From Auanema rhodensis (lineage: Eukaryota; Animalia; Nematoda), in the NCBI GenBank assembly GCA_964057225.1, contig OZ059896.1, forward strand, positions 9,176,001-9,240,000: a stretch of DNA of 64,000 nt, in the 5' to 3' direction. The notes beneath the pieces are model-generated. The model did not search any database. It was not told the origin of the DNA and saw only the letters and a list, made by a program, of their open reading frames with translations. Below are positions 12,024 to 29,999 of the stretch, piece by piece. Both the position numbers and the translations under genes were made by a program. Each line of letters starts with the position of its first letter. Within the stretch, counting starts at the first letter, position 1.

Positions 12024-15000
12024 TCAAGAACTTGTCTGAACAGCTTTTTTCTTACGTTCCAATTCGGCCTCAACCATTTGGAGTTGTTTAATAAGATCTT
12101 GCTTTCGTTTTTCTTTGGCAGCTTGACTTGCTTGTTCTGAATGATAAAAAGGTTAAGGGAATACATTACATCTCCAGCTCACCATTATCCAGTTCATCTT
12201 TAGGCATATTTGATGGTAATGATTGGGGACTTCCTCCAGACTCTGGTGATACCGCAACGGGGTCAGGTTCTTCATTGGTTCTGAGTGGCTCATGGCGAAT
12301 AGGTGAAGGGCTACTAAAACCAGAAGAATAGCATATGAAACATATTTTGCTAGAATACCTTTTTTTGCTATCATCGTCACTAACAGGAGAAGCACTCCGC
12401 TCAACGGGTGTCGTTGGAACTCGGTATTTTGCAGGAAGTGCTGGTGAAGAAGACCTCGAGCTGTAATTTCAAATTAGAACAAGTAATAAAAATGTTTCAT
12501 ACATGCTAGATCGAGAAGTTGCAGATTCTGATTCTGAAGAAGAACCTTTTTTTGAAGATTCACTGTCCGACTACAAGAGTAAAATAAGGTTCCAAGAGCT
12601 AATGGAAATGGAATATACCTCACTATCGCTTATTTTTTCGACTAGCTTAGTTGGAGAATAGTTACGGTTATCCATTTTACCACCTTTTCCAGATCGTTTT
12701 CTACCCGTTGCTTTGTTCTAAACATAAATATCTTACAGATATTCTATATATAGAGACATACCATTTCTTGTCGAGCGCGAATATCAGACTCATCACTTAT
12801 TCGATATCTTTTACTAAAAGAAAATGAATATGTACAAAATTCAACTGATTTTAATACTCACCTACATCCACCTGCACCTGCAGATTGGCGATTTTTCTTT
12901 GGTATTCTGTAATAGCTAATATCTCCCCGTGGAGGAGATTTATTCTTTGTCTGAATAACAAATATTATGCAACTTATAAAAATAATTTTAAACCGTTCTC
13001 TTTCTATCATCATTGCTTGACGAGCTGGTACGGGATAACGACCTGTCACTATTTTCCGACCGACTACTTGATGAACAAGATCTGAAAAATATATATAATT
13101 TATAAAAATTAATTTAATAGAACCTGCTGTATGAGCGCTTCCTTTTCTCGCGTTTACTACTAGAAGCACTTTTCCTTGCCCATGGATCAGAAATTTCACT
13201 CGAAACATTAGAGTTTTTGTCTAGAAAAAATCAGAAGATTTGAGAACTTTATATGATTGCTTACTATTTCTTTTTTTGCCGTCAGTCGCATCTGCTCTGG
13301 CCCAACTATCAGAATCACTGCTAATCGGGGAGGCATCACGCACTGGAGAAAGCCTTGAAAAAATAAACGTACAAAAAAATGAGAAAAATTGATACCCTTG
13401 GCGTTTTGGAATAGGAGATTCACGGGTTTCCGAAGGTTCTCTTTTCCGTTTAGGAGATCGTTTCGGAGACCGTTTTGGTGACCGCTTATTACTGTTTTTC
13501 CGCACATCAGGAGCAGATTGACGACTTCTATCAGATCGTGCTCTTTTGGGTCTACCATTTGGATATATGACTTGGGGTCCCAAATCTAAATAAAAAGAAT
13601 GAATTAACAAATTCTATGAGGAACATGCAAAAGCGGAAACACATGCAGGAGTGCCAACTAAGCATGTTTGTAAAATACCATCATCATCATCTTTGGATTT
13701 TGATAAAGATCGTTCTCGCAAACTGTTATCAGAGCTGGTGCTAGAACTTCTAGAAGTTCGGGATGAGTTTGATGATGTTGATGAGTCTTGAGTACTCGAT
13801 GAAGACGACGACGAAGACGAGGATGAGGAACGAACAAGATTTCTTAAACTCCAACTAATCGGAGAACCTTTGGGATAAAACTTTCTTCGACCTAGTATTG
13901 TTAATCAAAGCACAGGCAACATAAAAGGTAAATCAAGAACACGCAAGAATCATGCAAAACATTAAAAAAAAAACTAACCCTTAGGAGGTAACCGACTAGA
14001 AGAATTGAATTTGGGAGGAGGAGACATTTGCAAATCTAATAAGGAGGGAATACGCCAAGACCGTGGAGATGTTGATCTACTATTTGTACGCCTAAAGTAT
14101 TAGCTAATTTAATTAAATTTTAATTCGTCATTACTACCTATTATAGGAATTATCAGAATCGCTGTCTCGTTGAGAAGCACGATCACCAGATGGGGCAGCA
14201 TTTAATTTTTTTCTATCAAAATCTGGTTCTTCTCGGACCTTAGAAGCTCTACGCAAAGCCTCTTTAGCACTTCGTAGTCCACGCTCCCAAGCTGATTCTA
14301 GAAAAAAAATATTTGAAATTAAAATAAAAAATGCATATATACCTTCTTTATCATTGGCATTTTTCAACCGAATATTCGCCCTGTTATTCTAAATAATTAA
14401 CATTACGATTAAAATGAGGAAATGATGAAATGCAACCTTTCGTTTGCGAGACAGACCATCTCTTCTAGAGGATGTTGCCTGAGTCGCAGCATATGGCCTA
14501 CTAAGGCGGCTCTAAACCAAATTATACATATTTTAGTTAAAATGTGATGGTGAATCCACAGCAACGAATAATTTTACAAAATCACAATTATCACAACACC
14601 ATCACAAGTCACGGAAAACATGCAAATTTTGGTTCAGAAGAAAAGAATATTTCGAATACGACATGCTCACGACTCACGAAAAGGCATAAATATATGACTT
14701 ACCGTTATAGGAACTTTATTTTGTTGAATTCCAGCAGAAGATGTTACAGGAACTTCATCTTCTTCACTATCTGATAGTTCTCCTTCCTCTAGTTCGCCCT
14801 CCTCATGTTCTTCGGACGAGCGTTCTCCTTCTTCTTTAGATTGACTAAAATTGTAAAATTTTATAAAGAAATTGTTAAGAATACAAACGTTCTTTCTGGA
14901 GATGCAGCAGCAGAGGAGTCAGGTATCTCGCCAGAGTCAGAGTCCTGTATCAAAATAATCAACAATTAGGGTATTTTAAAGAAAACTAACCTCTTGTTCC

Positions 15001-15110
15001 ACTGATTCTTCATAGTCTAAATCCAAAACCTCTTCCGAAGCAAAGGCAGCTAGTTTTTCTTTTATAGAGCTGGTATCATTAGTGGAGGCAATAGGTTCAT
15101 CGACCTCCAT
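12024..15110 (-). CDS. ZC3H18-like nuclear RNA-processing protein (Ser/Arg-rich)
   Basis: Acidic N-terminus (VLDLDYEE, EEGELEEGELSDSEEDE), ESAWERGLRSAKEALRRA..EEPDFDRKK block, RS/SP repeats and C-terminal KRKQDLIKQLQMVEAELERKK, all matching recalled ZC3H18 conserved blocks. Confidence 0.78.
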
Positions 15111-15565
15111 GGCTAAAGTCGACTAGTAAACTAAAATTAAATATATAAGAAGCAACAATTAAATCATCGTGTAACCGTTAATATCCAAAAAAAAGTTTAA
15201 ATCAGCAGTTTTAAAGCAACTCCTAAAAAGCTTCAATTGAGGCTACCAAAATTACAGTTATTGTCAGGGTTTAGCAAAATTAACATTAGAAACTGAATAA
15301 CGTTTTGTATTCAACATCTTACCCACATTGTGAGCCATCATCGCAACACATAATGAAGTAACCTTGCAATCAGTTACATACGATTCAAGAAAAAGACTCT
15401 GGACGAAAGGTAGATGCCGCGAAAGGGTGAAAAAAGGGAGAAGGGAAAAAAGGAGTTAACCGCCATTCAACCGAGTAATTAGAACTTTGTAACGATTGAC
15501 ACTCAAGACGAATATATTGGAAGAATTTTTTTATAAATGATAATAGTACAAAGGAAGTCAAATAA

Positions 15566-15668
15566 GCCTCTGGTTAAACCAGGCATGGATCAACCGCAGA
15601 TTACTGCATCTAACTCAGAATATCGATTTTTGATGACGCGCCCACTTAGCCAAAGAGCGCGGTTACCA
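15566..15668 (+). ncRNA. Candidate SmY-like small nuclear RNA
   Basis: 5' stem-loop containing GTTAAACC (15573-15580), a middle hairpin GCAG-ATTA-CTGC, a consensus Sm site GATTTTTGA (15625-15633) and a GC-rich 3' stem (CGCGC/GCGCG). It is a GC-rich island in AT-rich intergenic DNA. Confidence 0.5.
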
Positions 15669-16058
15669 ACATTTTAAATAGTTCGTATAAGATTAATAAA
15701 GCTCAGAAAATATAAAAGGTAGTGAAACTTTTATTGAACAAAATTACTCACAAGACTATAATAAGTATACAAGTGTTTAACTAGTAAAACATGCAATAAT
15801 ACGTTTGGCCTACTATTTCAGTTTACTAAAAGAGATTGTAAAGCAAATGTCAAATGATAATATTAAGAGGCCACAAGGGATAATTAAGATAGGGCTACTA
15901 GGTTTCTGCCAATACATTAGTGTTGGTTTTTGGTAAAACATCTTAAACATTCTAGATTAAAAAAAAGTGATTTCTTTACAAAAAAAGGTGTAAATTTGAT
16001 AATAATTTTTCGACAATACAGGAGAGGCGTACGTCGCAATCTCGTACTTTAGATGACT

Positions 16059-17919
16059 TTAACAATTACTATGTTTCCATTGTTTCAGCTTTTCCAAAGA
16101 AGCATCGGGATAGCTAAATATTTCATGAATAAAACCTGTGCTTATGAATTTCATCTACCGTTTATTGTATAGTCCTTGAGCAAGAAGTTCTTCATCACAG
16201 CTCTCACTGAAGAAAGCAGTGTCAGTAGCATTGGAACCACTTCCAGTAATCTGCTCTTTGTCATCTTCATTAATAACATCCATTCTTCGCCCAAAAATCA
16301 TTTCTGACCAATGGTTTGGATTATTAATATCGCGTTTACTTATTCCACGCAAAGAACTAAATCTTAAAACAAACACTATTTCGAATATACATTATTTAGA
16401 TACCTGTCAATATTTTCTTCCCCTTCTTCTTTAATAGCTGATAAATCAGGAGAACGTTGATTTTTTCCTCGTCCTGTATATGTTAAATTTTCAGTAGAAC
16501 CACGGTAAGTAAGCGACATCATTGAAGTCGTTCTGTGAACATGGTAAAGCTTGTAAGAGATAAATATTTCGCTTACCTTGGACCCATAGAACTCCCGTCG
16601 ATAACCTTTAAATCATGATCAATGTCATCTACAGTGGCACTAGATCTTCTACGACCACGGCCTGAAATTATACAAAAAAAACAAATAGTTTGTAGATGCA
16701 GATATACCCTCTCTAGATTTGGCATGATCGGTAGTTTGGTAAGCTTTTTCTATGTTAATGACCTGCATCTTTGGATAAACCGGAACATCAGTACTTCTTT
16801 CATGATTAGAATTTCCTCTATTTCCAGAATTTTCGAAAGGCAAGCGACGCGCACTGTTAGGTCCATGGTTACGTCTAGAAATAAGGAAATGTTAAAGGCT
16901 ATCACTGGAAATTTACCTCTTTGAAGGGCTAGGCACATACCTTCTTGGTACGGAGTAGTTGTCTCCGTTGGTAATTTCTTCTTCACGTGCTGGCGAGATG
17001 CGGCCCTGAGCTAGCAGAGTCTCATAATCAAGTAGAGGAAGTCCCTGAAGCGCTTGCACATTGTAGAAAATGATACAATGCGTCTTCGATTTTCGTAGGA
17101 ACCCGGTTATAACCAGCCCTTCATATATAAAAAACTTATTTCACCTTTTTTAACTTATGTATGAATTGACAACGTGGACCATATGGACAATGACCTTGAG
17201 CGGAATATTTATCACATAATTGAGTTTTATACTTTGGATGAGCTTTTCCTCTCGGCTAAAATAAATAAAAATTACTGTAAAATCACATAGTCTTACTTGA
17301 GCAGGTAGTCTTAACTCATTTTCACCATGAGCAAAACGGCAGCTATCTCCATAAGGACAAGCCTCATTCTTCTTAAAAGCATCACACAAGGCGGTTTTGA
17401 ATGCTTCTTCTTTTCTGAAAATATCCCTGTATCCCATGGTTTCGATACCATCTTGCTTTCATAACTAACCTCCTAATACGTTGAGCTTCCTCTCTCTCTT
17501 CATCAGTCATAGTTTCCCAAGTGATTCCAGAACGACGACTAACCATGCTTTGCGACGGAATCTGAAATCAAAACAATATAAATAGTTTGAATCAGACGTT
17601 ACCTTCTCAGAAGCTTCAGAATAAGATCCGCTGCGACGTCGACGATGGGTGACCGGAAGACATCCAGCTTCAATGGGTTCATGAACAGCAGGAGCTAAAG
17701 TGGTTGGGACAGAATTTGGTGTAATCGCAATCATAGCAGGGGCGACTGTAATATTAACAGATCAATAAACAAATATCTTAAATTTTAATTTCTTCTAAAC
17801 ATACTTCTATGATAATCATGTCCAATCTCTGTCTGCCTCATTGGTACCATGTAGGGGTTGCCAGCGGCAAGATGATCCCCTACGTAGTATTGCTCCCACT
17901 GTTGTGGTTGAGAAATCAT
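16059..17919 (-). CDS. mex-1: Tandem CCCH zinc-finger RNA-binding protein MEX-1
   Basis: [96 protein letters not shown]; two C-x8-C-x5-C-x3-H fingers with MEX-1-type flanks. Confidence 0.85.
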
Positions 17920-18288
17920 GCACTAGAATAATATATAATATTTAAATTAATAAGAAATAGCTTCCTAACTATACTTTTATATATATATGATATATTAATT
18001 AATTATAATAGGGAGCTATATTGAATAGTATAACAAGAATAAAATATATTAATAACACCGAATGAGACATGAATGTTATAAATCGTCTAGTATAAATATT
18101 ATGTTGGCGGCAAGAAATAAATTTGAAACATTAGTAGATCACCTTTCGACAAACTACATCATGGTTATCTATGTGAATAAGTGGAAATGTGTTTGATATT
18201 TATAGATAACTAAAAATGCATAAACTATTACTAAAAGGAACTGAAAAAAAAGCCAAATAATAACTATATAATAATAATATTTATCAGT

Positions 18289-19976
18289 TTATTGTAGAAA
18301 GCCTACACGTATCACATACCGACATGGATCGTATAAAACTTTGTTTTCATTCGTTATTGTAGGTTCATACATAAAAAAGTCTACGGCAATCTGAAATATT
18401 CATTTTCAATTAAGGTTTAAAGTTTTATATAAGTGGTATTGAACCTTTTTAGTTTGATCTCCTGCCATAAGCATAGAATGATATAAACTAAGAATTTTGA
18501 GAGAAACAACACTGTGAGGTGTTATAATACCGTAAGATGGGTCTGCTTGAATAATACAACATTCGGAATTAGCATTTGTCTTAAGTTCTTAGGATTTTGA
18601 AAGCAATTACAAACTAGATATACCTTTAAATTCCACAGAATATAGTATGAAGTTGTGTTAGTAAGAGTAAGAGTTTCAGGTTCATTGGGACGAAGATATA
18701 TCTGTAATAGATAATAATAATAAAATACGGTCAAAGATGTAATAAATAATGAATATAAATGAATATATTTATATATTTAATGTGAAATTGAAATAAGTAC
18801 AATAAGCAAATATATAATAAAGATTATTAATTAAAACACAAATTTTAAGTAAATTAAAATGATATTAATATTGAAATGCCAAATCTTAAGTAGTTTCTTA
18901 TTTCTTAATATCTCACCCAATCATCTGGTTTAATTATTAAATCCATTTTTTGAAATCCTACAATAGTGTTTGTAATATTTTCTTTATTATTTTGATTATT
19001 ATTAATATCCGATTCTGATTCTAACTATAATAGGAAGTACATGATAAACTAATCAAAAAAATAATAAAATACCATCATCACGCTATCATTTCTAAAACTT
19101 TTTCCAGCCACAGGTTTACATCTGCTGGAGAAATTATCAGAGTTAGTTCTTCTATAAATGAGACAGTATGTTGTAAATTACCTCGTCAGTAGTTGAGAGA
19201 GCACAAGTTCGTCATCAGCTTCTTTATAAAAATTAGTTTGATATTTAGGTCCTTTTTCCGAATATATAAACGAATGAGTATCATTATATTTCTATAAAAA
19301 CGTAGTTAATTATTATAATTATAATGTGAAAAATCAAAATATAATTATCTTAACATACATCCATTTTTCTACTCCAACAACCAGATTGCTTGCATAAAAA
19401 TAAAGAATTATTAACTTTAGCTGCTTTATATAAAAAGCATCCTAATATGACTACACGAGATAAAATAGAATATCTAAAACAATATAATTAATATAATAAA
19501 TCTATATAATAACTATTTAGTACAAATGAGAAAAGGGAATAAGCATATCGAAAATCCAAAAAAGAGCAAACATTGTCCAATATCGTAAAATTAAATGCTA
19601 TAATTGAAATATAATTGAAGATAAATAATTAATTATAACCTGAACTCCAACTTGATTTTTTTCATCTGTTAATACTTTTATTGTTAATGTAGTACAAGGA
19701 AATATTGTAATAAAATAGTAAATTTTCTATATAATAATATATAATTAAAAAATTAAATAGTATTTAATACTTACATCGAATGATACTCCAAATATAAAAT
19801 ATAATATTATAGATAGAATAATGCTTAATTGAACAAATGAACTAATCGCAAATTCATGTTTTGAAATATAAGTTTCTAAATATTTAAAATTATATTTAAA
19901 TAATTATATATTTACCTTCATGTTGAGTAACATCAGTGTTTCCTGATAGTACATTGCTAGTACTTTCTTCAACCAT
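18289..19976 (-). CDS. Membrane protein with a divergent TB2/DP1 (REEP)-like N-terminal region and a C-terminal MSP (major sperm protein) domain
   Basis: Hydrophobic N-half with IFPCTTLTIKVL...HLILRYWTMFALF (REEP-like YP..S.K / WL.YW pattern). C-half LTLTNTTSYYILWNLKTN..QADPSYGIITPHSVVSLKI..IAVDF fits an MSP fold pattern. Some internal exon boundaries are uncertain. Confidence 0.6.
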
Positions 19977-20436
19977 GCGCAAGTATGAACAAGTGTTGGA
20001 ATAACAAATCACGCAAATTTCACGTATAATATGAATATTTTATAATAATTAAAGTCCACGTTTTTGCTTAATTATAGAGATGAGCATTAATTTATAACCT
20101 TTTTATAAATTATAAATTAAATATTTTTATTTTAATGTTTTCAATAATACTTTGTTTCAGTAAATTTATTTTGTTTCAATGTTTATAAAAATTAAAAAGG
20201 CAAGAGAATAATCATTTATTTTACTTTGATATTCAATAATAGTTTCCCAACTTGAATTCAAGTTTTAAGGTTTTAGCTGTGATTTAGTATACTGGAAACG
20301 CATGTAACACGTTGCATGAATGATCAACTTCAACAACTATAATTACGTCAAACGTTACGTGAACAAAAGAAATAAAAAAAAAGACAAGGATATATTATTT
20401 TTTATTTTTCAATTTATATTTTATTTCTTATATTCT

Positions 20437-23400
20437 ATGATTCTGTTAATATTATTCTTTTCAATTTATGGAATGGCTCAAAATATACAAAATAAAATAG
20501 TAATTGCTATAAATACAGGTATTTCTGATGAAACTTTTCGAGAGGTGATAAGATAAAATTTTAAAATTACATTTTATTCTTCAAAATAAATATTCAGAGT
20601 TTACTATTATTAAGTAATACAGTACCAATATATACATTACATATGGATATTCCTAAAAACCTAGAATGTAATTGGCTTCAAGAAGCAGGAAAAGCAAAAT
20701 ATGAAGAATATCATATTCCAATAGTTTTATTTACGTTATTAATATACAATATAGATTAATATATATTTTATTATATTTAGAAATAATTCAAATTGTTTTA
20801 GTAATTTTACTAAAACATCCTTAATAGCTATACTATACTTAAATAATACGGTAAATTATTTATATTGTTATAGTATATAATAAATATAATATCAGATGAT
20901 GATAAATGAAAATAATAAAATAATTCAAAATGTAATTAATGATCTTGAACATTTTCATTTCTTGGTTAGTTTTATAAATTAATGTTACTTAAAACATATA
21001 TGTATGTATATGGCAACTTCAGAATTCTTCATCTCCTTCGATCATCTCATTCTTATCTGGAAATGTAAGCAAGATCTGATGATTTTGGTATTATAACTAT
21101 ACTTTATTATATAGAAAACAAAACAAATAATTTGGATATTTTTGATTATTAGTGTAATAATCATTTGGAGTTTAATACTATTCCTGTGGAAATATCGTTC
21201 ATACGGATCATTTTTTTCAAAAAGAATTAAAATACAAACATTGTCTCCTGATAACAATGAAGATACAGAAGTCGAAGGAACAGAAGAGTTGGGTTATGAG
21301 AATACACCTTCATCGAACAATATTCGAAATAATGACGAAGAAGTGTATTCTGAAAGAGATCACAGATATACCAGCAAAAGCATTTTATTGAGTAACGCAA
21401 GCTCAGACATGGTAATATCTTCAAGAAAAGATCAAACTAATCAAAAATACTTGAACAATGTATTCAGGCCAATTGCTTTAATCAAAATATAAATTTTCTT
21501 TTTTCAGTTTAAGAATGAGCCTGTTAATAGTTTAGAATTTGCAAACTATTTAAATAAATTCGCCAAAATTATCACAAATTATTATGAAAATTCTATTTCA
21601 TATTATGTTACACCAGGTATTTTATTTATAAATTTTAATATTATAGTTTAACACAGATAGTCATCCTGGTTCAATATTTAAAAATATATCAAAAACACCC
21701 CCACAAAATCCTGAAAGCTTTGAGGACATTTGTTCTGATTTTGAATCAATTATCCTGAATGGAGTAAGATATTAAGGATATGAAAAAAGGAATTTTAAGT
21801 GTTTTTTCAGTTAACTCATTGGCAACATCCTCGTTTTTATGCTTATTTTCCGGCTGGAAGAAATTATGCTTGTATGATTGCTGATTTAGCAATATCATCG
21901 TTAGGTGTTGTAGGATTTAGTTGGGTATTTCATTTAAAATATATTTTTCATTTTTCTTCTCAATAATTTCAGGATTCTTGTCCAGTGTTAACAGAAATGG
22001 AAAGTGCTATGGTTAATTGGGTTGGTAGAGCTATTGGGTTGCCTGAAAAATTTTTATTTCAAGTAAAAAGTTATTGAAAGATATGATAAGATCAGATGTG
22101 TCTGTGTATTCAGGAAAACATAGCAAATAGCGTAGGAGGTGGATGTATGATGGATTCTGCTTCTGATGCAATACATAATGTATTAATTGCATCTCGAAAT
22201 AAAAAAATTAAAGAAGTTAGCAGATTATAATGTATTTCATGAATTATCTGAAATATATTTAGATATTGAAAACTAATGAAATATATGAAGATTATATGAA
22301 TCAAAAGGATTATCTTGAGAAGAAGCACGATATTTGTAAAAAATGCGTAGTTTATACAAGTATAGAAGTAAGAATAATCCTATATATATATGATATGATA
22401 TGATATTAAGATAATATTATATTTGTTCTTGTTCATTGTCAGGCACATTCATCTATCGAAAAAGGTTGCAAGCTGGCTATGATTAACTGTACTAAAATAC
22501 TGACAAAAAGAGAAAATGATTATGGAATGAGAGGATCAGAAATTGAAAAAGAAATAATTAAAGTATATATAACATTTAACATGTTGTATAGTTTATATTG
22601 TTGAAGGACATAGAGAATGGCTTTATCCCAATGCATATACATGTAACAATTGGAACAACATCAACAGCTGCATCTGATCATCTAGAATCTATATGGCCTA
22701 TAGCACAGAAGTACTGTTTTGTCATTATACTTCAAGATATTATATAGTTTCTGATATAACCTGTGGATGCATGTTGATGCTGCATATTCAGGTAGTACAT
22801 GGATAATACCAAAATATAGATCAGAATGGTGAGATGAATAAAAATTATAAAAAATTATTATAAACTCTTAATATTTCAGTAAAGGAATTGAAAATGTAAC
22901 ATCAATCAATGTTAATACTCATAAATTTCTACAACATTCAGTTGGATGTTCTATACTATGGATAGAAAATCAAAAAGTATTTAAAGATGCTTTTCAAATA
23001 AATCCAATATATTTGAAGCCTACGCATAGTTAAGTTTTAAATTATTCTTATATTTCTCATTCCTATTAACAGATAATAGTAACGATTTTCGTGACTGGGG
23101 TATATCCTTAAGTAAACGGTTTATTTGCTTGAAGTCATGGTTTGTGTTTCGTTTGTATGGAATTGAAGGATTACAAAACTACATTGAAAGAGTATTATAA
23201 TATATAATTAAAAAGAAAAATTATAATTGAAGTTTATAGTTAATCAACTGTGCAAAATATTTTGAAAGTTTGATTTCAACTCATCCAAATTGCCGACTTT
23301 TTGGTAAACGAAAACATGCTTTATTCTGTTTTCAATATGTTGTTAGTTTATTATTATCAATTAATCTATAATATATAATATTTACAGGAACCGAATATGA

Positions 23401-23731
23401 GAGAAGATGAAATCAGTAGAGCTACCCGAGACTTTTGTACATTTTTGAACAAATCTCGTCTTCTTCTCTTTACATTAACACAAGTAAATTAAAATTAAGT
23501 TTAGAAAAAAAAAAGTTTTAAATTTAGGTTGAAAATTATTCGTTAATAAGAGTTTCTATAAATTACGCAAAAGTTGATATTAATATTATAAATGATTCAT
23601 GGATTTGTTTTCAAGATTTGTTGTCTACATTTTGGAGAAAGAGACGTAAGATTCATACTAGTTACTTTCTATTTATAAATGTTATTTTAGAAAATTCAAA
23701 GTTAATTGAACAAAGCGAATATTGTGAATAA
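20437..23731 (+). CDS. Group II PLP-dependent (aromatic amino-acid) decarboxylase with N-terminal signal peptide and TM segment, hdl-1-like
   Basis: LTHWQHPRFYAYFPAG, GFSWDSCPVLTEME, AHSSIEKG, TIGTTSTAASD, WMHVDAAYSG, SINVNTHK (PLP lysine), NPIYLK and DFRDWGISLSKRF. Upstream exons join in frame and encode a signal peptide and IIWIFLIISVIIIWSLILFLW TM. Confidence 0.85.
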
Positions 23732-23977
23732 ATAATTTTAAAAGTATATATTTATAATAAATTATTTAGAAAAAAGGAAAAAAATTTATTTCAATTTATC
23801 TAAAATGAGATCGATTCAAAGCTTAAATACCGAAATATAATTAAAAGAATTAGAAACATAACTTCGATATTATCACTAAAATACATTATCTCCTATAAGA
23901 GAATAGAAATATTCTTATTACATAGAAAAAAAACAAGAAAATCAAAAATAATTAAAACTATAGTAAAAGTATAACAA

Positions 23978-29350
<5,373 letters not shown>

Positions 29351-29907
29351 AATATACCCCTAAATGATAAAGTATTTGAATAGCGAGATGAACCAAAAGT
29401 TTGAAAAGAAAATCAATAATGTTGCTAGATGTTGAAGCTAAAGCTGTAGAATTATGAAACTGAACTAGAGAAATAAGATGTGCTTAAACTATAAAACTCT
29501 CAGCAGCCAGACTATTATCAGAACAGACTAAGATTTTAGTGAATACGGCAAAAACGAATATATTGAAAAAGGAATTTGATGTAAGTCTAATGAAACGGAA
29601 AAAAGGGGCACAAAGAGGCGGAGTTTACTATGACGTTTTACATCGAATGGAAATGTTTGAACGACAAATAAGTTTTGTGAAATAGTATGTCTGGATGACT
29701 CATACAAATTCAGCGAATAGTATTTAAGATGGAGAGTATGAGAGATTATTGAGGAATATTGCGCAATAGTTCCGCTGTCGTTTTCACTTAATCACTTAAA
29801 ATATATAGCGAAGCATGAATGGACCGAGGGATTCAGACATTAGAATCAATGTGAAGTAATTCAATCCTTAGCTTCAAACCAGAATAAATGTAGAAATGTA
29901 AACTCAC

Positions 29908-29999
29908 TCATTATTTTTGCTATCTTCTGAGCCAGCATCTTCTGGTTTAACTTTATTTTCTGTAGATGCATTGACACTGACCTTGCGTTTCCAGGCCAT
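29908..29999 (-). CDS. Alternative first coding exon B of the P-glycoprotein (MAWKRKVSVNASTENKVKPEDAGSEDSKNN-)
   Basis: TTTTCAG acceptor ~17 nt upstream of the ATG; 92-nt open exon; GTGAGT donor in phase 2, matching the common exon starting at 29208. Confidence 0.75.

Noticed and set aside
15560-15582. Minus-strand GGTTTAACCAG resembling a spliced-leader exon
   Set aside because: No AG|GT donor at ~22 nt and no downstream Sm site on that strand, so it is not an SL RNA gene.
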